Positions 6,650 to 15,975 are shown, counted from the first letter of the stretch. The stretch is 16,789 nt of DNA from Candidatus Methylomirabilota bacterium (GCA_046726415.1 JBKPAK010000171.1:1-16789), one strand, 5' to 3'. Notes: a model not told the origin generated them from the sequence alone. Numbers and translations: made by a program.

Positions 6650-7525
6650 GTGACAGACCTCATCCAGCTCTTCGTGGCCGGGGTGTCGATCGGCGCCATC
6701 TATGCCCTGGCGGCGATCGGCTTCGTGCTGTTGTGGCAGACGTCCAACACGATCAACTTCGCCCAGGGCGAGTTCGTGGTGGTGCCGGCGTTCTCGATGG
6801 TGCTGTTCTTCGTCGTGTGGCGGCTGCCCTTCGCCGCCGCCTTGCTGGCGACGGTCCTGGTCTCCACCGTGCTCCTGGGCTACGTGGTCAAGGCGGTCCT
6901 GGTGACCCGGCTGCTCAAGATGGGCGTGCTCCCCCTGGTGATCGCGACCATCGGGCTCAGCCTGTTCATCCGGTATTCGCTCCAGCAGTTCTGGACGCCG
7001 CTGGCGTTGCCCTTCCCGCCGATCTTCTCGCGGGAGCCGATCCGGATCGGCACGATCATCCTCTCGCGGGAGGAGCTGATGAACGTGCTGTTCGCCGGGG
7101 TGGTGATCGGCCTTCTCCACGCGTTCATCACCCGCACGAAGCTCGGCTGGGCCATGCAGGCCGTCGCTCAGAACCGCAACCTCGCCTCGGTGCTCGGCAT
7201 CAGCGTGTCTCGACTGGTCACGATCACGTTCATGCTCAACGCCGCGCTCACCGCCGTGGCCGCGATTCTGATCGCGCCGATCTACCTCGTGAAGTACGAC
7301 ATCGGCGTCGCCATCGGCCTCAAGGCGTTCTATGCTGCCATCATCGGCGGCTTTAACCAGATCCGCGGTGCGCTGCTGGGGGGACTCCTGGTCGGTGTCG
7401 TGGAGACGTTCTCGGCGGCCTACATCTCGAGCCACTTCCGCGACGCCTTCGCGCTCGTGATCCTCATCGCCGTCCTGCTGCTCAAACCCGAGGGCATCTG
7501 GGGCGTGAAGGAGGAGTGGGCCTGA
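6650..7525 (+). CDS. livH: HAAT ABC transporter permease LivH
   Basis: GTG start after GAGGAG. GAIYALAAIGF...INFAQGEF, RTKLGWAMQAVAQN and KAFYAAIIGG motifs; multiple TM segments. Confidence 0.93.
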   Translation: MTDLIQLFVAGVSIGAIYALAAIGFVLLWQTSNTINFAQGEFVVVPAFSMVLFFVVWRLPFAAALLATVLVSTVLLGYVVKAVLVTRLLKMGVLPLVIATIGLSLFIRYSLQQFWTPLALPFPPIFSREPIRIGTIILSREELMNVLFAGVVIGLLHAFITRTKLGWAMQAVAQNRNLASVLGISVSRLVTITFMLNAALTAVAAILIAPIYLVKYDIGVAIGLKAFYAAIIGGFNQIRGALLGGLLVGVVETFSAAYISSHFRDAFALVILIAVLLLKPEGIWGVKEEWA

Positions 7526-8523
7526 TGGTCCGCCGGTACGGCCCGGCCCGGTGGCTCGCCGTCGCCGGGGCGGCGGCGCTCTGTGCGCTCGCCCCCCTGC
7601 TCCTCGAGCAGTACAAGCTGTACATCCTGAGCCTCACGCTGGTGTACCTGATCCTGGCCATCGGGCTCAACCTCACCCTCGGCTACGCCGGACAGATCTC
7701 CCTGTGCCACGCGGCCTTCATGGCGTTCGGGTCGTACGCGGTGGCCATCCTCGGTCAGCACGGCGTGCCCTTCGAGCTGGGCCTGCTGGCGGGCCTGGCC
7801 CTCGCGTTCGGATGGGGCCTGGTGCTCGGCTTCCCGGCGCTGAAGGTCAAGCATCACTACCTGGCCATGGTGACGCTCGGCTTCAACATCATCGCCTTCC
7901 TGGTGCTCCGGAACTGGGAGACGCTGACCGGCGGGTCGTTCGGAATCTCGAACATCGCCCGGCCGGCCTGGGGGCCGATCAGCTTCCGATCCGACCGCGC
8001 CTACTACTTCTACATCCTGGGCTGGGCGGCGGTCGTGGTCGCCTCTGCCTACTGGATCCTGACCTCCCGGTGGGGCCGGGCCTTCCGGGCGATCCGCGAG
8101 AACGAGATGCGGGCCGAGGTCGTGGGGGTGAGCTTGCGGAACTACAAGCTGATGGCCTTCGCGATCGGGGCGGCCTACGCCGGGATCGGAGGGGCGCTCT
8201 TTGCCCCGTTGCTCGGCTACATCGACCCCGGCGCCTACACACTCGATCGGTCCATCCAGTTCCTGATGATGGTCGTCATGGGGGGCCTCGGACGCTTCGA
8301 GGGGCCGTTCATCGGAGCGGCGGTGGTGACGATCCTGCCCGAGGCTCTCCGGGGCTCGGAAGGCCTCTACCTCATCATCTACTCGCTCGCCATCATCCTG
8401 ATGATGCTGTTTATGCCGAAGGGGCTGGTCGGCCTGTGGGACGTGGCGCTCACCTGGCTCGGTCGCGGCAAGCGCGTGCCGGCCCCGCTGGCGGCGCCGC
8501 CGGACGCGCCGGGAACGCGGTGA
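7525..8523 (+). CDS. livM: HAAT ABC transporter permease LivM
   Basis: TGATG overlap with livH. GLNLTLGYAGQISLCHAAF, YLAMVTLGF, LTGG and SRWGRAFRAIRENE motifs. Confidence 0.93.
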   Translation: MVRRYGPARWLAVAGAAALCALAPLLLEQYKLYILSLTLVYLILAIGLNLTLGYAGQISLCHAAFMAFGSYAVAILGQHGVPFELGLLAGLALAFGWGLVLGFPALKVKHHYLAMVTLGFNIIAFLVLRNWETLTGGSFGISNIARPAWGPISFRSDRAYYFYILGWAAVVVASAYWILTSRWGRAFRAIRENEMRAEVVGVSLRNYKLMAFAIGAAYAGIGGALFAPLLGYIDPGAYTLDRSIQFLMMVVMGGLGRFEGPFIGAAVVTILPEALRGSEGLYLIIYSLAIILMMLFMPKGLVGLWDVALTWLGRGKRVPAPLAAPPDAPGTR

Positions 8524-8536
8524 AACCTGAGCACTC

Positions 8537-9274
8537 ATGTCAGTCCTGGAAGTTCGGGATCTGACGAAGCACTTCTATCACCTCTCCGCCCTGAGAGACG
8601 TGAGCCTCGCCGTGGAGCCCGGTGAGCTCCTCGGGCTCATCGGTCCCAACGGGTCGGGGAAGACCACGCTCTTCAACTGCGTCACCGGCGTGCTCCGGCC
8701 CTCGGCCGGCCGCGTGGCGTTCAAGGGCGAGGACATCACCGGCCTGACTGCCGACCGCATCTCCCGGCGCGGGATCTCTCGGACTTTTCAGCTCATCCAG
8801 CTCTTCCCCGAGATGACCGTGCTGGAGAACCTCTTGATGGCCGCCCAGGAGCGCCGGGGCACCCTGGTCGGGCGCCTCTTCCGGCGGGAGGAATCGGAAG
8901 AGCGCGACCGCGCCGCCCAGCTCCTCGACTTCCTGAACCTCACGCACGTCACCGACCACCTGGCCTCCGACCTGTCCTACGGCCAGCAGAAGCTCCTCGA
9001 CTTCGGCATGGCCCTCATGCCGGAGCCCGAGCTCGTCCTCCTCGACGAGCCCATGGCGGGCCTCAACCCCACTATTATCAAGAGCATCGTCCAGCATATT
9101 CACGAGCTGAACGGCCGGGGATACACGTTCGTGGTGATCGAGCACAACATGGAAGTGGTCATGTCGCTCTGCCGGCGGATCATCGTCTTGAGCCAGGGCG
9201 AGAAGATCGCCGAGGGCGCGCCGGCGGAAATCCACGCCAACCCCATGGTCATGGACGCCTACTTCGGGACCTAG
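8537..9274 (+). CDS. livG: HAAT ABC transporter ATP-binding protein LivG
   Basis: Walker A GPNGSGKTT, RTFQ, signature LSYGQQ, LLDEP, IEHNM. Confidence 0.95.
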   Translation: MSVLEVRDLTKHFYHLSALRDVSLAVEPGELLGLIGPNGSGKTTLFNCVTGVLRPSAGRVAFKGEDITGLTADRISRRGISRTFQLIQLFPEMTVLENLLMAAQERRGTLVGRLFRREESEERDRAAQLLDFLNLTHVTDHLASDLSYGQQKLLDFGMALMPEPELVLLDEPMAGLNPTIIKSIVQHIHELNGRGYTFVVIEHNMEVVMSLCRRIIVLSQGEKIAEGAPAEIHANPMVMDAYFGT

Positions 9275-9276
9275 CG

Positions 9277-9987
9277 ATGGCGCTCCTCGAGGTACGCGAC
9301 ATCCATGCGGGCTACGGCCGGATGGAAGTTCTCAAGGGCGTGACGCTGGCCGTCCAGTCCGGCCAGATCGCCTCGATCATCGGGCCCAACGGTGCCGGCA
9401 AATCGACGGTGTTCAAGACCATCTTCGGCTTGCTGCCGGCTCGTCAGGGGCGGGTCGTGTTCGCGGGCGAGGACGTGACGAACCGCCCTCCCGGCGATCT
9501 GCTCCACCGCGGCCTCGCCTACGTCCCCCAGGGCCGCAACGTCTTTCCCTTGATGTCGGTGGAGGAGAACCTGCTCCTCGGCGCGTACATCCGAACGTGG
9601 TCGGAAGAGCTGCGGGGTGAACTGGAGCGGGTCTACGAGGTGTTTCCCGTCCTTCGCGAGCGGCGCCGGGCGCGCGCCGGCAACCTGTCGGGGGGGCAGC
9701 AGCAGATGCTCGAGATGGGGCGGGCCCTCCTGCTGCGGCCGAAGCTGGTCCTGCTGGACGAGCCGACGCTCGGGCTGGCGCCGCTCGTCTTCCGGGAGAT
9801 CTTCCGGATCATCAAGGACCTCCGGCAGCACGGCCAGACGATCCTGATGGTCGAGCAGAACGCCGCCAAGGCGCTGGAGATCTCCGACTACGCCTACGTG
9901 CTGGAGGTGGGGCAGAACCGCTACGAGGGATCCGGGCGGGCGATCCTCGACGATCCTCGCGTGAAGCGGCTGTACCTCGGAGGCTGA
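9277..9987 (+). CDS. livF: HAAT ABC transporter ATP-binding protein LivF
   Basis: GPNGAGKST, VPQGRNVF, LSGGQQQML, LLDEPTLGLAP, VEQN and C-terminal YLGG. Confidence 0.95.
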   Translation: MALLEVRDIHAGYGRMEVLKGVTLAVQSGQIASIIGPNGAGKSTVFKTIFGLLPARQGRVVFAGEDVTNRPPGDLLHRGLAYVPQGRNVFPLMSVEENLLLGAYIRTWSEELRGELERVYEVFPVLRERRRARAGNLSGGQQQMLEMGRALLLRPKLVLLDEPTLGLAPLVFREIFRIIKDLRQHGQTILMVEQNAAKALEISDYAYVLEVGQNRYEGSGRAILDDPRVKRLYLGG

Positions 9988-10011
9988 CAAGGAGGAGGGC
10001 GCGCGATCCCT

Positions 10012-10172
10012 ACCGGTGGTGAGCGCGGCCCCCAGCCGGCGAAGGAACTCACTCCAGGTGGCGTTCGTGATGGCGAACCCGTTCGTTGGTCCTGACCGAG
10101 CCGCACGACCACAAAGTTCCAATCCGGGATGACGAAGAGGGGGTTGTTGTTCCAGGCAGAAGCGCCGAAGGC
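10012..10172 (-). pseudogene. Possible C-terminal fragment of a serine hydrolase (beta-lactamase family)
   Basis: AFGASAWNNNPLFVIPDWNFVVVRLGQDQ/(frameshift)/TNGFAITNATWSEFLRRLGAAL resembles the family's terminal 'xxVIPxxxxVVVRLG' strands plus helix. Confidence 0.55.
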
Positions 10173-10271
10173 GCACGGACGATGAGAAGCTCGTCGACCA
10201 CGTCCCGTGGGGCGATCCGATCATTCCGAATAACCGTCAAGTATGGCGCGTACTCATCGAAGAGGGGCCCC

Positions 10272-10333
10272 TTGACGGGTGAGTAACCGTTCGGTCCATA
10301 ATCCCTCCCCGTCCGGCTACGGATGAGTAACCG
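10272..10333 (+). promoter_or_regulatory. Putative sigma70-type promoter with operator-like repeats
   Basis: TTGACG (10272-10277), a 19-nt spacer and CATAAT (10297-10302). The palindrome ACCG-TT-CGGT lies in the spacer, and TGAGTAACCG is repeated at 10280 and 10324. Confidence 0.45.
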
Positions 10334-10520
10334 GAAGGAGAAGCACCCACGACGCAGGCAGAAAACGGCGGCCACGCCCGCGGTCCCGCCCCGGGGGTGA
10401 ATCCTGCGCGCGGCGGAGGCGCTCTTCGCGGTGGGGACGTTCAGTGGCGCTCGGGTGGACACCATCGTCGTCAGCAAGCGGCTCATCGACTACGACTTCG
10501 GCGACAAGGCCGGATTCTGA
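10323..10520 (+). pseudogene. TetR/AcrR-family regulator remnant (HTH only)
   Basis: MSNRKEKHPRRRQK...PRG*ILRAAEALFAVGTFSGARVDTIVVSKRLIDYDFGDKAGF*. It has an in-frame TGA at 10398, a shortened helix 2 and no ligand-binding domain. Confidence 0.75.
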
Positions 10521-10527
10521 CGACGGC

Positions 10528-11307
10528 ATGGCCACCGACGCCTCGCGGCCGCCGCGCATCGTCGTCGACGGCGTGGAGGTCGCCCTGCCCGCGCCCGACG
10601 GCGCCGTGGTGGAGATCCTGGACGGCGTGACGCTCGAGATCGAGTCCTCGGAGTTCGTCTGCCTGCTCGGGCCCTCGGGTTGTGGCAAGACGACGCTGCT
10701 CAACTGCCTCGCCGGGTTCGTGACGCCGCGGGCGGGCAAGATCCTGGTGGGCAGTCGTCCGGTGGTGGGCACGCCGCCCGAGATCGGGATCGTCTTCCAG
10801 GAGCACGCGCTCTTTCCCTGGTACACCGTGCAGCAGAACGTCGAGTACGGGCTCAAGGTCCAGGGCGTGGACCGGGACGAACGGGAGCGGCGGAGCCGGG
10901 GGTTCATCGACCTCGTGGGCCTGGCCGGCTTCGAGCGCCACTACCCGCACCAGCTTTCGGGCGGGATGAAGCAGCGCGTGGGCATCGCCCGGACGCTGGC
11001 CGTCGGTCCCTCCGTGCTCCTGATGGATGAGCCTTTCGGAGCGCTCGACGCCTTCACGCGCGAGGCGCTCCAGGAGGAACTGCTCCGCATCTGGGAGCGC
11101 GATCGGAAAACCGTGATCTTCGTCACCCACTCCATCGCCGAGGCGGTGTTCCTGGCCGATCGGGTGATCGTTTTGTCGGCGCGGCCGGGCCGGGTGCGGG
11201 CGGCGGTGACGATCCCCGGGGCCCGCATCCGCAGCCGGACCAGCGACGAGTTCGTCAGCGCCTACCGGCGAATCGAGCGGGCGCTGCGGGGAGGGGCCGC
11301 CGCATGA
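10528..11307 (+). CDS. NitT/TauT-family (SsuB/TauB-like) ABC transporter ATP-binding protein
   Basis: GPSGCGKTT, VFQEHALFPW, YPHQLSGGMKQR, LMDEPFGALDA, VTHSIAEAVFLADR. Confidence 0.95.
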   Translation: MATDASRPPRIVVDGVEVALPAPDGAVVEILDGVTLEIESSEFVCLLGPSGCGKTTLLNCLAGFVTPRAGKILVGSRPVVGTPPEIGIVFQEHALFPWYTVQQNVEYGLKVQGVDRDERERRSRGFIDLVGLAGFERHYPHQLSGGMKQRVGIARTLAVGPSVLLMDEPFGALDAFTREALQEELLRIWERDRKTVIFVTHSIAEAVFLADRVIVLSARPGRVRAAVTIPGARIRSRTSDEFVSAYRRIERALRGGAAA

Positions 11308-12080
11308 CGGGCGCCGCCGGTCGTCGCCAGGTCAGCCGGCGCCGTCTGCTCAACGCCGTGTCGGTCGCGGCGCTGCTGGGGGCCTGGTACGCGATCACCA
11401 AGGCGCAGCTCATCCACCCGTTCCTGCTCTCCTCGCCCGCGGAGGTGCTGCACGAGGCGTGGGAGCTTACGACGACCGGAGTGATCTTCCACTTCGCGGG
11501 CGTGAGCTTGCTGCGCGTGCTGGAGGGGTTCCTGCTTGGCGTCGCCCTGGCCATACCGCTCGGCATGCTGATCGGGCGCGTGCAGACGCTGCACGACCTG
11601 TGCGACCCAATCCTGGAACTAGCGCGCCCCATCCCGGCCCTGGCCCTCATCCCGCTCGCCATCGCCTGGTTCGGCATCGGCGAGCTGTCCAAGGTCTTCC
11701 TCATCGCCTATGCTGCCTTTTTCCCGATCCTCATCAACGTCATCGCCGGCTTTCATGGGGTCGACCCCGTGCACGTCCGGGTGGCGCGGAGCCTCCGGGC
11801 CTCGGAGCTGCAGATCTTCCGCGACGTCGTGCTGATGTCGGCCTTCCCCCACGTGGTGGCGGGGCTGCGGATCGGCATGGGCATGGCCTTCCTGGTGCTG
11901 GTGGCCGCTGAGCTGATCGCCAGCAATGCCGGCCTCGGCTACCTGATCCAGGAGGCGCGTCTGAACTTCCACACCCCGCGGATCTTCGTGGGGATCATCG
12001 CGATCGGGCTCCTCGGCTATGCGCTGTCCAAGGCGCTCTTGGAACTGGAGCGCTGGATCGTCCCCTGGAAGTCGCTGTGA
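11304..12080 (+). CDS. NitT/TauT-family (SsuC/TauC-like) ABC transporter permease
   Basis: ATGA overlap. SLLRVLEGF, RPIPALALIPLAIAWFGIGE, EAA-like ARSLRAS and LVAAELIASNAGLGY motifs. Confidence 0.95.
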   Translation: MTGAAGRRQVSRRRLLNAVSVAALLGAWYAITKAQLIHPFLLSSPAEVLHEAWELTTTGVIFHFAGVSLLRVLEGFLLGVALAIPLGMLIGRVQTLHDLCDPILELARPIPALALIPLAIAWFGIGELSKVFLIAYAAFFPILINVIAGFHGVDPVHVRVARSLRASELQIFRDVVLMSAFPHVVAGLRIGMGMAFLVLVAAELIASNAGLGYLIQEARLNFHTPRIFVGIIAIGLLGYALSKALLELERWIVPWKSL

Positions 12081-12100
12081 GCACCGGGAGGAGGAGACTC

Positions 12101-13108
12101 ATGAACCGTGGTGCCGCCGTCGCCGTCGTTCTGCTCCTGACCCTGGCCGGCCCCGGCTGGCTGGCTCTCGCCGCCGTGGAGACCACCGACATCGCCCTGG
12201 GCGTGAGCCAGAGTCCCCAGCTCTGTGCCCAGATCGTCGTGGCCGTCGAGCAGGGGCTGTTCAAGAAGGAGGGGCTTACCCCGCAGATCCGCTGGACGCC
12301 GTCGGGCCGCGAATTCGCCGAGGCCTTCGCCTCCCGGGCGGTGGTCATGGGCACGTCGGGCGAGCAACCGGCCGTGAACCTGCAGGCCAGGGGGTTGCCG
12401 GTCCGCATCTTCGCCCAGCTCAGCGAGATGTCGGACTCGCTGGGCGCGGTGGTGAAGAAGGAGCTCGGCAAGCCCGAGGATCTCTACGGCAAGAAGGTGG
12501 CTTTTTTCCCCGGCACCACCTCCGAGCTGCTCTTCCAGAGCTTCGTGCGCCGCTACAAGCTCGACGCCACCAGGGTGCAGCAGTTCCACATGGACATGGC
12601 CGAGTCGGTGGCGGCCTTCACACGCGGCGACGTGGACGCGATCTTCGGCTGGGAGCCTAACGTGACCCGCGCCGTGCAGGCCGGCGGCAAGATCCTCGCC
12701 TCGGGCTCCTGGTCGTTCGTGCCTGGCCAAGAGGGTCCGCATCGGATGACTCCAGGGCATGGCGTGTTCTCCATCAGCACCGATTTCGCAAAGGACAACC
12801 CGAAGACGGTGCGAGCCGTCCTGAAGGTTCTGGCCACGGCCAACGACTACCTGCAGGATAAGGGCAACATCCCGACGGTGGCGAAGTGGATGAGCAAACA
12901 CACCAACATGGCCGTGCCGCTCATCGAGGTAACGATGAAGGCCACCAAGTACAGCCTATCCCTCGACCCCGCGCTGGCGGAGGACATGGCGGTCACCGTC
13001 CAGTTCATGTTGGACAAGAAGCAGATCAAGGAGCGGCGGGGCCCGGGCGACCTCTACGTCCTGGAGCCGCTGCGCGAGGTGGCGCCGGCTCTGGTCACCC
13101 TGAAGTAG
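12101..13108 (+). CDS. NitT/TauT-family (SsuA/NMT1-like) substrate-binding protein, 335 aa
   Basis: GGAGGAGG RBS, signal peptide, VAVEQGLFKKEGL, DLYGKKVA...GTTSE and GDVDAIFGWEP motifs. Confidence 0.92.
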   Translation: MNRGAAVAVVLLLTLAGPGWLALAAVETTDIALGVSQSPQLCAQIVVAVEQGLFKKEGLTPQIRWTPSGREFAEAFASRAVVMGTSGEQPAVNLQARGLPVRIFAQLSEMSDSLGAVVKKELGKPEDLYGKKVAFFPGTTSELLFQSFVRRYKLDATRVQQFHMDMAESVAAFTRGDVDAIFGWEPNVTRAVQAGGKILASGSWSFVPGQEGPHRMTPGHGVFSISTDFAKDNPKTVRAVLKVLATANDYLQDKGNIPTVAKWMSKHTNMAVPLIEVTMKATKYSLSLDPALAEDMAVTVQFMLDKKQIKERRGPGDLYVLEPLREVAPALVTLK

Positions 13109-13117
13109 GGCGCGGCC

Positions 13118-13960
13118 GTGGGCGTCGTCGACTTCCACGTGCACCTCACGGCCTGGGGCAACGTGCCCCCGGCCGACCGGCAGGCCTACGTCGAGAGCTT
13201 CCCCCGGTGTCTCGACGCGGCCGGCCTCGACCGCGCGGTCATCTTCGCGCTCGACAACGAGCTGGTGGCGCGGACGGTGGCGAGAGCACCCGGCCGCCTC
13301 ACCGCCTTCGCGTTCCTCGACCCGCGCCGTCCCGAGTCGCCCGACCGCCTCGAACGCTATGTCAAGGAACAGGGGTTCTGCGGCCTCAAGATATCCACCT
13401 CAGGCGGGCCGATCGACGACCACGGCTTCTACCCGAACGAGGCGGCCTGCTTTCCCACCTTCGGACGTGCGCAGACGCTCGGCGTGCCAGTGCTCGTCCA
13501 CGCCGGCCTCATCTACTGCAACCCCGACGACCCTGCCGGCACTCGCACGAAGTACTGCCTGCCCATCTACCTTGACGACGTAGCCCGCGAGTTTCCCGAC
13601 CTGAAGCTTGTGGTGGCCCACGGCGGCCGGCCGTTTGTGGAGCAGACCATCGCTCTGAGCGTGATGCCCAACGTCTATGTCGACGTTTCGTGGTCGCTGC
13701 TGCCGCTCGCGATGTGGCCGGATCTCATCCGACCGCTACTCGTCGCCTTCGGGCCCGACCGCATCATCTACGGCAGCGACGCCAACTGGCGCGAGCCGGG
13801 CCGCCTGGCCAGCCGCCTGGCCGAGTGCCGTCGCATCCTCCGGGAGGAGCTGCGTGTGGATGCGGCCACCGAGGCCAAAGTGCTGGGAGGCAACGCCGAG
13901 CGCCTGGTCGACGGCAATCCGGCCTGGCGCATCGTGACCGAGGCCATCCGAACGCAGTGA
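13118..13960 (+). CDS. Amidohydrolase-2 family metallo-hydrolase/decarboxylase (TIM barrel), 280 aa
   Basis: DFHVH metal motif, GFCGLK, GVPVLVHAG, FPDLKLVVAHGG, PNVYVDVS, DRIIYGSD and KVLGGNAERL. Confidence 0.92.
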   Translation: MGVVDFHVHLTAWGNVPPADRQAYVESFPRCLDAAGLDRAVIFALDNELVARTVARAPGRLTAFAFLDPRRPESPDRLERYVKEQGFCGLKISTSGGPIDDHGFYPNEAACFPTFGRAQTLGVPVLVHAGLIYCNPDDPAGTRTKYCLPIYLDDVAREFPDLKLVVAHGGRPFVEQTIALSVMPNVYVDVSWSLLPLAMWPDLIRPLLVAFGPDRIIYGSDANWREPGRLASRLAECRRILREELRVDAATEAKVLGGNAERLVDGNPAWRIVTEAIRTQ

Positions 13961-13974
13961 GGGAGACCCCCGGC

Positions 13975-14778
13975 ATGTCCATGCTGCAAGGCAGGCGTAT
14001 CGGCGTGATCGGCGCCGGCGCCATCGGCAGCGTCGTGATCGACCGGCTGCTGGGCGGTGGCGCCAGCCGCCCGGGCGACATCGTGGCGTGCGAGACAAAG
14101 CCCGAGCGGCGGCAGGAGATCGCCGCCCGCTACGGCGTGGCCGTGCACGAGGTTCCAGAGGCGGCCAGCGCGGCCGACCTTGTGGTACTGGCCGTGCCCC
14201 CGGCCGTGGTGACCGACGTGCTGGCGAAGATCCGGAGCTCCCTCGGGAGCGGGCAGGTCGTGGTGTCCTTCGCCGGCGGCGTCCCTCTGGAATTCATGGA
14301 GGCGGCCGTGCCGGGCGTGGCCGTGGTCCGCGTCAACCCGAACTCGCCGTCCGTCGTCGGCCAAGGCTTTAACCCCGTCAGCTACGGGCGGAGCGCCACT
14401 GGCGCCCGCCGCGCGCTGGCCGAGGCGTTCCTCGCCGCGCTCGGACGGGCGCCCGAGGTCGAGGATCGCTGGATGAACCTCTACACGGCGCTGACCGCGG
14501 TGGGGCCGACGTACTTCCTGCCGGTCCTCGACGCGCTGATCGACGCCGGCCAGGCGGCGGGGCTGAGCCGCCAGGCGGCGGTGGAAGCGGCGACGGCCAC
14601 CGCCCTGGGCACGGCCCAGATGGTCGCGCGCCGCGCCGAGGCGCCCGAGCAGCTCAAGCTCTTCACGGGCCTCCGGCCTCTCGACGACGCGACCGTCAAG
14701 GGGATGGTCGCCGAGGCTATCCAAGCCGCGCTGACGCGGATGGAGGACATGCAGCGCAAGATCACCGGCGGCGCCTGA
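13975..14778 (+). CDS. Pyrroline-5-carboxylate reductase-like NAD(P)-dependent oxidoreductase (divergent), 267 aa
   Basis: Rossmann IGVIGAGAIG, DLVVLAVPP, VVSFAGGV, VVRVNPNSP, TALTAVGPTYF and GLSRQAA. It lacks the canonical SPGGTT loop. Confidence 0.85.
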   Translation: MSMLQGRRIGVIGAGAIGSVVIDRLLGGGASRPGDIVACETKPERRQEIAARYGVAVHEVPEAASAADLVVLAVPPAVVTDVLAKIRSSLGSGQVVVSFAGGVPLEFMEAAVPGVAVVRVNPNSPSVVGQGFNPVSYGRSATGARRALAEAFLAALGRAPEVEDRWMNLYTALTAVGPTYFLPVLDALIDAGQAAGLSRQAAVEAATATALGTAQMVARRAEAPEQLKLFTGLRPLDDATVKGMVAEAIQAALTRMEDMQRKITGGA

Positions 14779-14840
14779 GGCAGGGCGACCGGGCCCCGCC
14801 TCGTCGAGACGGCCGTGAGCAAGCCACAGGAAAGGAGCGC

Positions 14841-15645
14841 CGCTTCGACAAGTACTTCGAGCCGGGGGTCCCGTACCTGGATCGCGTCGTGATTCGCACG
14901 ATCAAAGATCCCGTCACCCAGATCGCCGCGTTCAAGGCCGGTGAGATCGATTTCATCGCCGACTTCTCGGCCGATCACGTCGACACGATCCGGGGGCAGA
15001 ACCCGCGCGCCCAGATCATGACCGGGAAAGAGACGACGCCGATGGTCGCGATGATGAAGGTTCACCGTGCCGGCCGATGGCAAGCCGATGTCCAAGGATC
15101 GCGCGCTGTGTCCGTACGAATCCGGCCAAGGCGAAGGCGATGCTCGCCGAGGCCGGCTACGGCCCGCAGAAACCGCTCTCCTTCGAGCTGATGACCAACA
15201 CCGAGAAATCCGTCTTCAACGTGATCGCCACGGTGATCAAGGAACAGCTGGCGCGGATCGGCGTGACTGCGAACCTCCGGCTCGTGGACAAGGTGAGCTG
15301 GATGAATACAGCCACCCAGGACTTCCCTTCGACATGTACGTCGAAGATCTGGCGTCCCTCTTGATCGTGGACCAGAATGCCTACCTGTCGGCCTCCACGG
15401 CGTTCCGGAACAGCACGCGGCACACCGACCCCAAGGTCAACGAATACTATGCCCGGTACGCGCGCGAGATGGACCCGGTGAAGCGCAAGGCCCTCGCCAA
15501 GGAGCTCCAGGAGTTCATGGTCGACAAGTTCTATTGGAACACCATCTCCGGTTCGCCCTTCTACCAGATCGCCCAGCCGTGGATGAAGGGCTACGTCAAC
15601 CAGGCCGAGTTCAAAGTGCACTACAAGAAGGTCTGGCTGGACTAG
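14841..15645 (+). pseudogene. Peptide/nickel (family 5) ABC substrate-binding protein, C-terminal remnant
   Basis: RFDKYFEPGVPYLDRVVIR..KD...AAFKAGEIDF, then Y(D)PAKAKAMLAEAGY, then D..KRKALAKELQ...KKVWLD*. It is spread over three frames (indels near 15061, 15119 and 15326), has no 5' half and has a probable internal deletion after KDRA. Confidence 0.88.
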
Positions 15646-15745
15646 TAACGCATGCGGAGGACATCGCGTAGAGGCGGCTGCGCATTAGTCGTGTACGCCC
15701 GGAGCACCAACGGGACGGTGGTCCTCTACATCATGACGAATCCAA

Positions 15746-15937
15746 GGGATTGCCCTGCGTACGCTCGATCAGGAGCCGGTCGAGATCTTCGAGCCCTGGG
15801 CCGGTCCCGAGCAGCGCCTCCAGAAGCTCCCCGGCGCTCGCGGTCGGCAGGCTGTCGAGCCGCACCTGCTGGTAGTATGTCTTGCCTCCCCAGCCGTTCC
15901 CGTACTCTGGACGGTAGTTCACCAGCAGGAGCAGCCG
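15746..15937 (-). pseudogene. Internal fragment of the AAA/STAND ATPase region of a multidomain (adenylate/guanylate-cyclase-type) signalling protein
   Basis: RLLLLVNYRPEY...WGGKTYYQQVRLDSL...AGELLEALLG...LIERTQGNP, including the GNP motif. Both ends are missing. Confidence 0.8.
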
Positions 15938-15975
15938 GCCCACGAAGCGCGTCAACCCTTGGACGGGAGGGCGTC

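Noticed and set aside
10173-10282. Another gene fragment (plus strand DDEKLVDHVPWGDPIIPNNRQVWRVLIEEG*)
   Set aside because: It looks coding-like, but no family is recognisable and the strand cannot be settled by eye.
10398-10400. Selenocysteine or programmed read-through at the in-frame TGA in the TetR remnant
   Set aside because: The position is not a Cys-like site, and the gene has other lesions consistent with simple decay.
5235-14724. Long antisense and alternate-frame ORFs over the two operons (e.g. 5293-6699, 6497-7435, 7420-8538, 12017-12901, 13768-14724)
   Set aside because: These are shadow ORFs expected from high-GC codon bias. They fully overlap well-supported genes and carry no motifs.
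14777-14802. Intrinsic terminator after the ProC-like gene
   Set aside because: It is an imperfect GC stem with no U-tract and cannot be distinguished from background.
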